This document shows, piece by piece, positions 1-7,120 of a stretch of DNA of 64,000 bases. The position numbers and the translations under genes were made by a program. The notes below the pieces were generated by a model, which worked only from the letters and a program-made list of their open reading frames with translations, was not told the DNA's origin and did no database searches. Position 1 is the first letter of the stretch. The number at the start of each line of letters is the position of its first letter. The DNA comes from a bacterium (lineage in GTDB: Bacteria; Patescibacteriota; Minisyncoccia; Phycocordibacterales; UBA2100), in contig RFQR01000005.1 of the NCBI GenBank assembly GCA_009924895.1, positions 3,710 to 67,709 on the forward strand, read 5' to 3'.

Positions 1-972
1 AGCGCTGTCTCAGAAGGCGGGACGGGGGCTCTCGTTTACTCGGTTCGGACACAGGATTTTGAAGAGTCCACAACAGTACCTGCCGGTGCCTCTACTCCCA
101 CCGAGACTCGCGCAAAAGGGACCATAACGCTTGTTAATGAATTTTCCGCAGCACCAGTTCGCCTCATAAAAAACACGAGATTTGAAGCAAATGGACTCGT
201 ATTCCGAATTCCAGAGTCAGTAATGGTTCCTGGCAAAAATGCTTCAGGCCCGGGTACGCTCTCGACAACCGTAGTTGCTGACAAACCAGGTGAATTGTAT
301 AACATCGCACCGACTGCGCGCTTTACGCTGCCGGGACTCAAGTCGAATGCCGATATGTATGCAAACGTATACGCACGTTCCTCGAGCGCCTTCACGGGCG
401 GCTTCGTCGGTAACAAGCCAAGTGTTGATCCAAAGGCGCTTGAAGCAGCTCGGGCGGACATCAGAACTCGGTTACAAGAAAAGATAAAAGGTACCGGGCA
501 ACCTTCTGACGCTTCGCTCTTAGTATTGCCAGGAGTTGTCACATTTGAGTCTGTGCCTGAAGTGGCCGAAGGTACTTCAGCAAAAGTCACAGAAAAAGCA
601 CGTGTTTCGTATATTACCTTCAAGCGTGAAGAGTTTGCACAGGCGCTTGGCGCCGTCCTTGCGGTTGATGTTGCGGGGAGTGTTGTAGCGTTTGAGCCCG
701 GCAAGGATTTTACGGTTGCAGCTGATGGGGTGTTGCAGGTGGGAAGCCCGATTACTCTTGTCTTAGGAGGCAGTGGTCTCATGCGGTGGAAAGTCGATAC
801 TAATGTGCTCTCAAATGCACTCGCCGGCAAAGCAATTGCATTGTTCCAGGAGATACTGAAAACGCAGAAAAGCGTGCAGGAGGCGCATTTCCGCGCTCCG
901 CTGTGGAGTTCAACGTTTACGACCGACCCTTCTCGCATCCGTATTGACATTCAAGATGTCCTGACAGAATAG
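1..972 (+). CDS. hypothetical protein, C-terminal part (5' end lies outside window)
   Basis: Frame 1 is open from nt 1 to the stop at 970-972. Track ORF 223..972 is only the in-window Met-start portion. Ala/Val/Thr/Gly-rich sequence with no recognisable catalytic motif. The antisense ORF 36..950 is judged spurious. Confidence 0.5.
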   Translation, partial: SAVSEGGTGALVYSVRTQDFEESTTVPAGASTPTETRAKGTITLVNEFSAAPVRLIKNTRFEANGLVFRIPESVMVPGKNASGPGTLSTTVVADKPGELYNIAPTARFTLPGLKSNADMYANVYARSSSAFTGGFVGNKPSVDPKALEAARADIRTRLQEKIKGTGQPSDASLLVLPGVVTFESVPEVAEGTSAKVTEKARVSYITFKREEFAQALGAVLAVDVAGSVVAFEPGKDFTVAADGVLQVGSPITLVLGGSGLMRWKVDTNVLSNALAGKAIALFQEILKTQKSVQEAHFRAPLWSSTFTTDPSRIRIDIQDVLTE

Positions 973-1051
973 TCAGCGCTTGCGAGCTGTTTGAAACATG
1001 GCACAATAGCGAGCGCCGCGATCCTTTTTAGTTGCCTTTCGGACACAATGT

Positions 1052-1087
1052 CGGGCTGTAGTATAGTGGTAGTACGCAAGCATGGGG
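1052..1087 (+). pseudogene. tRNA-Pro-like gene fragment, 5' half (acceptor 5' strand CGGGCTG, D-arm, anticodon-stem 5' strand and ATGGGG loop)
   Basis: 29 of 29 nt (TAGTATAGTGGTAGTACGCAAGCATGGGG) identical to the intact tRNA-Pro at 1189. The acceptor strand differs (CGGGCTG vs CGGACCG) and has its exact complement CAGCCCG at 1298-1304. Confidence 0.5.
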
Positions 1088-1136
1088 GTTTTTCGTAAAC
1101 ACAATCGCAAATTTCTTTGCGGTTGTGTCGAAAAAC
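1088..1136 (+). repeat. long near-perfect hairpin (GTTTTTCG / ACACAATCGCAAA - TTTC loop - TTTGCGGTTGTGT / CGAAAAAC) inside the interrupted tRNA-like gene
   Basis: Inverted repeat read directly. About 21 bp of stem with one G-U pair and a 2-nt bulge. Confidence 0.6.
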
Positions 1137-1173
1137 GGGCGTGACGATGTTTTACAAACACGGAGCGCCCAGG

Positions 1174-1273
1174 CTTTCTGCATCCTGTCGGACCGTAGTA
1201 TAGTGGTAGTACGCAAGCATGGGGTGCTTGTAGTTCGAGTTCGATTCTCGACGGTCCGACAGGATGCAGAAAG
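1174..1273 (+). repeat. perfect 15-bp inverted repeat (CTTTCTGCATCCTGT ... ACAGGATGCAGAAAG) directly abutting both ends of tRNA-Pro
   Basis: Seen in sequence. The repeat extends the tRNA acceptor stem into a continuous helix of about 22 bp. Confidence 0.8.
1189..1259 (+). tRNA. tRNA-Pro (anticodon GGG), CCA not encoded
   Basis: Manual cloverleaf: acceptor CGGACCG/CGGTCCG with C1:G72 and discriminator A73 (bacterial Pro identity). Anticodon stem CAAGC/GCTTG, loop ATGGGGT (U33, GGG, G37). T-arm TCGAG-TTCGATT-CTCGA. The 3' end is followed by CAG, not CCA. Confidence 0.8.
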
Positions 1274-1305
1274 TTGTAGTCCGGATTCGATTTGCGGCAG
1301 CCCGA
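1273..1305 (+). pseudogene. tRNA-like 3' fragment (variable loop TAGT, T-arm CCGGA-TTCGATT-TGCGG, acceptor 3' strand CAGCCCG, A73) matching the 5' fragment at 1052
   Basis: The T-loop TTCGATT and the acceptor complement of 1052-1058 are present. The anticodon-stem 3' strand is defective (GTTG instead of GCTTG) and the T-stem has one G-G mismatch. Confidence 0.45.
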
Positions 1306-1364
1306 CAGTCCGCCTGAAAAGATGTGATTTATGTTCGACCTGCCCGTAGCTACTCTATACGATT

Positions 1365-2270
1365 ATGCTTTGGGGTTGTCGACGGCCTGTCATGGCACTT
1401 GGTATGCACACTGTTTTACTTTTTTATAAATACGTCACCGTAATAGAACCGCAAAAGTATGCGGATGTTTTGCGGATAAAAGCAGAAGAACTCAGACTTG
1501 CCGGGCGTATTTTGGTCGCAGAAGAAGGATTAAACGGGACAGTGGAAGGGCTTACAGAACATGCAGAAGCGTTTGCACAGTTTTTACTATCCGACAGTCG
1601 GTTTGCCGATATGCAGATTAAGCGCAGCTTAGGGAATGGAAAGGCATTTCGAACAATGAAAGTTAAAGTACGAAACGAAATCGTGGGAACACGCTTTCCA
1701 AAAGAAGTTGATCCGCGGGTGCGGACCGGGAAACATGTGCAGCCGTCGGTGGTACGTTCGTGGTTTGAAACGGGCGATGATTTTACCATTATCGATATGC
1801 GAAATAGCTATGAGTTCGCGTCAGGAAGATTTAAGGGCTCAATTGATCCTGGTATACAAAATTCTCGCGACTTGCCCGAAAAAATGGCGCAGTTACATCC
1901 GTACAAACATAAAAAAGTGCTGACAGTATGCACGGGCGGTGTACGCTGCGAAAAAATGTCTGCGTTTTTGCTCGAACAGGGATTTTCAGACGTATACCAA
2001 CTTGACGGCGGCATGCATTCCTACATGGAGCAGTATCCGGGAGAAGACTTTGAAGGAACACTCTACACCTTTGATAATCGTGTGGTCATGAATTTTGGCG
2101 GAAATCGTACCATTGTGGGGAAGTGTTCGTACTGTGGCGCTCACACAGAGCGATATGTGAACTGTAAAAGCGATGCATGCAAAGCGCATTATGTTGCGTG
2201 TGAACAGTGTGCTGCGTATGACCGCGCCCGTAACTGCGTGCAGTGTGAAGCAAAAACTGTTAGCGTATAA
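1365..2270 (+). CDS. trhO: rhodanese-domain protein of the UPF0176/YceA family (tRNA uridine(34) hydroxylase TrhO-like)
   Basis: Rhodanese active-site loop CTGGVRCEK and a C-terminal Cys-rich tail (CxxC...C...C) typical of YceA/TrhO. The N-terminal UPF0176-like region begins FYKY. The true start may be the internal Met (MALGMH). Confidence 0.65.
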   Translation: MLWGCRRPVMALGMHTVLLFYKYVTVIEPQKYADVLRIKAEELRLAGRILVAEEGLNGTVEGLTEHAEAFAQFLLSDSRFADMQIKRSLGNGKAFRTMKVKVRNEIVGTRFPKEVDPRVRTGKHVQPSVVRSWFETGDDFTIIDMRNSYEFASGRFKGSIDPGIQNSRDLPEKMAQLHPYKHKKVLTVCTGGVRCEKMSAFLLEQGFSDVYQLDGGMHSYMEQYPGEDFEGTLYTFDNRVVMNFGGNRTIVGKCSYCGAHTERYVNCKSDACKAHYVACEQCAAYDRARNCVQCEAKTVSV

Positions 2271-2272
2271 CT

Positions 2273-3202
2273 ATGCATAAAATACTTATCGCCGGTTCGA
2301 TTGCGTTTGACCGTATCATGGATTTTCCAGGCACGTTCAAAGAGCATATGGTTGCTGATAAGGCCCATGTTTTGAGTGTGAGTTTTGTATTGGATAGTAT
2401 GAAAGATAATAAAGGCGGCACTGCTGCGAACATTGCACACTCACTCGCGCTTCTCGGCGAGCAGCCAATACTCATGGCATCGGTAGGGAGTGATAGTACA
2501 GCGTACATCGAAGAGCTTAGGAAGCGCGGTATTGATGTGAGTGCGCTTCAGATTTGTTCTGATGTTGGAACAGCGACGGGACATATCATGACGGATACGG
2601 AGAATAATCAAATCAGTGCCTTTTACCCCGGTGCGATGTCAACCGTGTATGCGGCTCCCCTCCCCGCGGCTGATCTTTGTATTGTTGCGCCCACCAATAA
2701 GGTAGACATGCTTCGACTTGCACGCGAATCAGGTGAAAAGAACATTCCGCTCTTCTTTGACCCTGGTCAAATGACACCGGCGCTCTCGGGCGACGAGTTG
2801 AAGCAGTGCGTCGAAGGAGCGGCGGTCGTTCTCTGTAACGACTATGAGTGGGGCCTTATTCAAGAAAAAACCGGTTGGAGCGAAAAAGAGGTTTTGAAAT
2901 ATGCTACCGCGCTCGTTATTACTCTGGGTGCCCATGGCTCTCGCATTGTTACGAAACAGGCAGAAGAAACGGTCCCTGCTTTGACGGTCGCTGCAGTAGA
3001 TCCAACAGGTGCGGGGGACGCGTACCGGGCGGGGTTTGCATACGGTTTTCTGCGCTCGTGGCCGCTTGTCCGATGCGCACAGCTAGGGAGTGTCACAGCA
3101 TCGTTTGCGGTTGAGGTGTATGGGACACAAGCGCATACACCATCTCGGCTCGATATTGAAAAGCGTATGCACGCCCAATACCGTACCGGACTCGATTTTT
3201 AA
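2273..3202 (+). CDS. PfkB-family carbohydrate/nucleoside kinase (possibly adenosine kinase, given the ahcY neighbour)
   Basis: Ribokinase-like signature PTGAGDAYRAGFAYGFL near the C-terminus and an N-terminal LIAGSIAFD motif. The specific substrate is inferred only from context. Confidence 0.7.
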   Translation: MHKILIAGSIAFDRIMDFPGTFKEHMVADKAHVLSVSFVLDSMKDNKGGTAANIAHSLALLGEQPILMASVGSDSTAYIEELRKRGIDVSALQICSDVGTATGHIMTDTENNQISAFYPGAMSTVYAAPLPAADLCIVAPTNKVDMLRLARESGEKNIPLFFDPGQMTPALSGDELKQCVEGAAVVLCNDYEWGLIQEKTGWSEKEVLKYATALVITLGAHGSRIVTKQAEETVPALTVAAVDPTGAGDAYRAGFAYGFLRSWPLVRCAQLGSVTASFAVEVYGTQAHTPSRLDIEKRMHAQYRTGLDF

Positions 3203-3257
3203 GAGTCTTTTTCCTCTCGTGGGATATTCCCCGTTTTTCTGATATACTCGCTTAGCT

Positions 3258-4514
3258 ATGAAATACGATATACAAGACGCTTCATTACGAGAACAAGGAG
3301 TAAAACGCATTCAGTGGGCAGAGAGCGATATGCCCGTGTTGCAGCAAGTTCGTACTCAATTTAAAAAGCAGAAACCCCTCAAGGGAAAAAAGATTGCTGC
3401 ATGTCTCCATGTCACTGCAGAGACGGCAAATCTGGTGCGAACCCTCAAAGAGGGGGGCGCCGAGGTAGCGCTATGTGCCTCGAACCCGCTTTCGACCCAA
3501 GATCCTGTTGCAGCAGCGCTTGCACTTGAATACGGTATTCCGACCTTTGCAAAAAAAGGCGAGGATCGCGCCACGTTCTTCAAACACCTGCATGCAGTTA
3601 TCGAGAAAGGCGTGCATCTCACTATGGATGATGGCGCTGATCTTGTTTCGACTATTCATACAGAACGCACTGATTTAATCCCACAGATGCTCGGTGGCAC
3701 CGAAGAAACTACAACCGGGGTCATTCGTCTGCATGCGATGGCAAAAGATGGTGCGCTCAAGTTTCCGGTAGTCGCCGTTAACGACGCAAAGACGAAAAAC
3801 ATGTTTGATAACCGCTACGGCACCGGCCAGTCAACGCTCGACAGTATTGTGCGCGCGACCGATGTTTTGCTTGCGGGTAGAACCTTTGTCGTTGCGGGCT
3901 ACGGCTGGTGTGGCAAAGGGCTCGCGAGTCGTGCTCGTGGCATGGGGGCAAATGTCGTCGTGACTGAAATCGATACTATCAAGGCGCTCGAAGCAGTGAT
4001 GGATGGTTTCCGCGTGATGCCTATGGAGGAGGCAGCAAGAATCGGCGATATTTTCTGCACGGTAACTGGCAATACGAGCGTATTAGATAAACGACATTTT
4101 TCTCTCATGAAAGATGGTGTGATTATCTGTAACGCAGGTCACTTTGATGTTGAAATCAACATTCCACAGCTTGCCTCTATGACGAAGACAGTCAGAAAAA
4201 ATATCCGTCCTTTTGTCGATGAGTACACTGTAAAAGGGAAGCATATTTTCCTCCTTGCCGATGGCAGGTTGGTTAACCTCGCGGCAGCGGAAGGTCACCC
4301 GGCATCAGTCATGGACATGAGTTTTGCAACGCAGGCACTTGCATGTGAGTGGATGGCAACACAAAAAATAAAACTTGCTCCGGGTGTCTATGAAGTCTCG
4401 GAGGATATCGAACGCATGGTTGCGCGCACCAAACTTGCTTCGATGAATATCGCGATTGACGAGCTTACGAAAGAACAAAAGAAATACCTCGATAGTTGGA
4501 ACGAGGGGACATAA
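3258..4514 (+). CDS. ahcY: S-adenosyl-L-homocysteine hydrolase (short, about 418-aa form)
   Basis: NAD-binding GYGWCGKG, DNRYGTGQS and NAGHFDVEI motifs. The length matches the archaeal/Thermotoga-type AhcY. Confidence 0.9.
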   Translation: MKYDIQDASLREQGVKRIQWAESDMPVLQQVRTQFKKQKPLKGKKIAACLHVTAETANLVRTLKEGGAEVALCASNPLSTQDPVAAALALEYGIPTFAKKGEDRATFFKHLHAVIEKGVHLTMDDGADLVSTIHTERTDLIPQMLGGTEETTTGVIRLHAMAKDGALKFPVVAVNDAKTKNMFDNRYGTGQSTLDSIVRATDVLLAGRTFVVAGYGWCGKGLASRARGMGANVVVTEIDTIKALEAVMDGFRVMPMEEAARIGDIFCTVTGNTSVLDKRHFSLMKDGVIICNAGHFDVEINIPQLASMTKTVRKNIRPFVDEYTVKGKHIFLLADGRLVNLAAAEGHPASVMDMSFATQALACEWMATQKIKLAPGVYEVSEDIERMVARTKLASMNIAIDELTKEQKKYLDSWNEGT

Positions 4515-4557
4515 ATTGCTGGTACCTAAAAGAGTAGTGTATAGTTTTCTTGTTTGA

Positions 4558-4631
4558 GGGCCTATAGTTCATCGGTAGAACGCGTCCATGGCATGGACGA
4601 GGGCGGGGTCCGATTCCCCGTAGGTCCACCA
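4558..4631 (+). tRNA. tRNA-Ala (anticodon GGC), CCA encoded
   Basis: Acceptor GGGCCTA/TAGGTCC with the G3:U70 wobble (the Ala identity element). D-arm GTTC/GAAC, anticodon stem CGTCC/GGACG with loop ATGGCAT, T-arm CGGGG-TCCGATT-CCCCG, then A73 and CCA. Confidence 0.8.
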
Positions 4632-4674
4632 ACGCGAAATGACAGTGCCTGCGCACTGTCATTTCGCGTTGGTG
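4627..4674 (+). repeat. perfect 22-bp hairpin (CACCAACGCGAAATGACAGTGC - CTGC - GCACTGTCATTTCGCGTTGGTG) that starts inside the tRNA-Ala 3' acceptor/CCA end
   Basis: Inverted repeat read directly. No U-tract follows, so it is not a canonical intrinsic terminator. Confidence 0.7.
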
Positions 4675-4836
4675 GAAGCTAGAGCGATGTGAGGCTAGCG
4701 ACCAGTTTTTCTTGCCGGTACCCCGGCTTAGAAAAATGGAAGTACTCTTGTGGTGCAAGCCGAACCGCGAGGCGGAGTCTCGCTTTCGTTGTACTGCCGC
4801 GACCTCCGCATTTCAAGTCATGTATAATAGCTCTCA

Positions 4837-6224
4837 TGGTGCATAAACATAATTCTGCATGGCTTGCGCAGGTGACCGATCGGCATGCACATGCTGGTGT
4901 TGAAACCGATGCGCAGCGTGAAGTCGTGATAGTGGGTGGTGGCATTTCTGGTGTTATGACGGCATACTATCTTTTGAAGTATACGCAGGTGCATGTGACC
5001 TTACTCGAAGGTGACAGGGTTGCCCACGGTGCAACAGGGCATAATGCGGGACAGCTTGCTGCAGAGTTTGAAAAGACATTTCTTGAGCTTGTGCAACAGT
5101 TCGGACTTGAGATGGCAGTGAGGGCAGAGCAGGATATCGAGCGAGCATGGACACTCCTTGAGACACTCTATGAGGAAGAATCCCTACAGACGCCGCTCTC
5201 TACCTTTCCAGGATATGCCGGGTATGAGTCGCCCGATGATACTGAACGAATACTTAGAAACCAGCATGCGCGCGCTGAGGCTGGTCTTTCACCGCGACGT
5301 GTGTATCTGCTCCATACTCTTGCTGACGAGGCTCGCTACGCCCCCTATCGTCGTTATTTTGAATCTATTACCGCAGAGGAAATTGGGAATTTACTTGAAA
5401 CAAACGCAACACACTATCGGGCAGTTTTGGCGCGAAAGCGAGGGTGTCTTAATTCTGCACTTTTATGCGAGGAGTTACTCCAGGTGCTTCACAAACACTA
5501 CGCCACGAGATTTGTCCTACACGAGCACAGCCATGTTTCTTCGGTACGTATATTTGCTCATCATGCGCGACTGTTTGTTATGAATACGGCGGCAAAACGA
5601 CATCATGTGCTTGACGCAGCCCGTGTGGTGCTCTGTACAAACGGCTTTGAAAATATCTCATTACTCACTGAGCGGGGCTCTGCGTTAGAAACTCGATTTC
5701 ATGACATGGTGCGGGGACTTGTGGGATCAATGGTGGGATATCTCGAGCCTGTGGGGAAAAACCCTACCGCGCTTTCATTTCACGATCAGTCGGGTACTCT
5801 CACGACGAAAGAATCTGGTTTTGATGAACGAGCCTATTTTTATTTTACGCGCCGTCCCTTTGAAATCGACGGGAGTAAGCATGCCCTCGTGTGCGTAGGT
5901 GGTCCTGAAAAAGTGATGAGCGATGCGAGGAGCTATCGTCCTAATGAACCATTCAATCCCGAACATCGCCGTGTTCTTGATACCTTTATGCGCACAACGT
6001 ACCGTAATCACGCTGATTTGCATTTTCGGTTTGCGTGGCATGGGCTTATGGGATATACCCCATCGGGTATGCGTATTATCGGTCCAGACAAAAAACATCA
6101 GGTGCTGTGGTACAACCTCGGCTGTAATGGTATTGGCCTTATGACCGCAATTTTCGGGGGATACAAAATAGCACAGTGTATGAAAGGGGAGACGTTTCTT
6201 TCTTCGGCGTTTGATCCACAATAA
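4837..6224 (+). CDS. FAD-dependent oxidoreductase (DAO / glycine-oxidase-like family)
   Basis: Dinucleotide-binding motif VVIVGGGISGVMTAYYL near the N-terminus. Track ORF 4689..6224 begins at a GTG that overlaps the tRNA-Ala hairpin. The ATG at 4837 (MVHKHNS) with TATAAT at 4822-4827 is the more plausible start. Confidence 0.6.
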
Positions 6225-6269
6225 TAGAATAGAAAAAGAAGGCCCCGCACTTCGGAAAGTACGGGGCCT
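6221..6269 (-). terminator. intrinsic terminator for the minus-strand small ORF; also a hairpin 3' of the plus-strand oxidoreductase
   Basis: GGCCCCG...CGGGGCC stem with an inner ACTT/AAGT helix. On the minus strand it is followed by TTCTTTTTCTATTCTATT. Confidence 0.55.
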
Positions 6270-6283
6270 CTGAGGCACAAGCC

Positions 6284-6400
6284 TCATTTCTTGGCAGGAG
6301 CCGAGTAGCAGCCAGTCACGGACGCCGGCAACCACCTGTTTGCAACATGGCCGATCGCGATGCCAGCGACGAGCGTCGCCAGTGCCAAGTACCTGAACAT
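6284..6400 (-). CDS. small hydrophobic peptide (38 aa, MFRYLALATLVAGIAIGHVANRWLPASVTGCYSAPAKK), below the ORF-track size cutoff
   Basis: ATG preceded by GGAGAT at -9, a TATAAAT-like -10 further upstream, and the intrinsic terminator just downstream. One predicted TM helix. Confidence 0.4.
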   Translation of the reverse strand: MFRYLALATLVAGIAIGHVANRWLPASVTGCYSAPAKK

Positions 6401-6513
6401 GATCGTTATCTCCGGTAAAACCAGCATTAGTGCTGGGATTTAATTTATATCACGAAAACTGAAAAAAGCAAACAATACATATTTATCCACAAAAAAGAGC
6501 CCGCCGTGCAATA

Positions 6514-6560
6514 CAGTGGTAAAAAGTGGTATAAACTTTATACAAGTGGGAAAAAGTGGC
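6514..6560 (+). promoter_or_regulatory. array of four direct AGTGG(T/G/C) repeats at 10-20-10 bp spacing upstream of mraZ (MraZ-box-like operator)
   Basis: GTGG at 6516, 6526, 6546 and 6556. In studied bacteria MraZ binds direct GTGGG/TGGGN repeats spaced about 10 bp in its own promoter. TATAAA lies between the repeats at 6531-6536. Confidence 0.55.
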
Positions 6561-6593
6561 ATTTCGCAGGAGCGCACACCTGTGAAATGCCAC
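6556..6593 (+). promoter_or_regulatory. 15-bp imperfect inverted repeat (GTGGCATTTCGCAGG / CCTGTGAAATGCCAC) in the mraZ leader, overlapping the last MraZ box and followed by CCAC repeats
   Basis: Read directly. Contains one G-U pair. Confidence 0.5.
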
Positions 6594-6617
6594 TCCAGCC
6601 ACTAACCACTTCTGTCT

Positions 6618-7052
6618 ATGCTTATTGGCGAATACGAACACACGCTCGATGAAAAAAAGCGCGTGTCGCTGCCGAAAAGCTTTGTGCAGAAATTGGGGAA
6701 GCGAATGGTGTTGACCCGCGGGTTAGACAGTTGTCTATTTTTGTTTTCGATGGAAGGGTGGGAGAAAATCGCGGAGAAGCTTCAGTCGCTTTCGTTTGCA
6801 CAATCCGACACTCGCGGCTTTAACCGATTTCTGCTTTCAGGAGCAGTTGAAGTGGAGGTCGATGGGACAGGACGTATCTTGATACCTGATCACCATAAGC
6901 AATTTGCCGCTCTTAAAAAGACGGTTGTCTTTGCAGGAGTTTCGGATCGGGTCGAAATCTGGGACGCAGCGCAGTGGAAGCAGTACAAAGCCCGGATTGA
7001 GAAGCAGGCCGAGCAAATGGCGGAGAAGCTTGGGGAGATTGGGGCTCTCTGA
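6618..7052 (+). CDS. mraZ: transcriptional regulator MraZ
   Basis: Two-repeat MraZ architecture (EYEHTLDEKKRVSLP and DGTGRILIPD motifs), 144 aa, first gene of the dcw cluster. Confidence 0.9.
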   Translation: MLIGEYEHTLDEKKRVSLPKSFVQKLGKRMVLTRGLDSCLFLFSMEGWEKIAEKLQSLSFAQSDTRGFNRFLLSGAVEVEVDGTGRILIPDHHKQFAALKKTVVFAGVSDRVEIWDAAQWKQYKARIEKQAEQMAEKLGEIGAL

Positions 7053-7059
7053 TGGAATT

Positions 7060-7120
7060 GGATTGTTGGAGGACACATATTTTTTGTCATGCGCACGCGA
7101 CAATTCTCCTCCAACAATCC
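7060..7120 (+). promoter_or_regulatory. perfect 14-bp inverted repeat (GGATTGTTGGAGGA ... TCCTCCAACAATCC, 33-nt loop) in the mraZ-rsmH spacer
   Basis: Read directly. It encloses the upstream ATG at 7089, which argues for the 7152 start of rsmH. Confidence 0.6.

Noticed and set aside
36-950. 304-aa minus-strand ORF antisense to the first plus-strand gene
   Set aside because: S/T/A-rich low-complexity translation that lies entirely inside the more protein-like plus-strand frame, which is open from nt 1. Treated as an antisense artefact.
1088-1188. Group I intron interrupting the outer tRNA-Pro-like gene
   Set aside because: The intervening sequence is only about 185 nt including a whole tRNA. 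That is too short for a group I core (P3-P9) and I saw no P7-like GC-rich pairing.
5775-6335. 186-aa minus-strand ORF overlapping the 3' end of the FAD oxidoreductase
   Set aside because: Fully antisense to a gene with a clear FAD-binding motif and has no start signals. The real minus-strand gene here is the 38-aa peptide at 6284-6400, in another frame.
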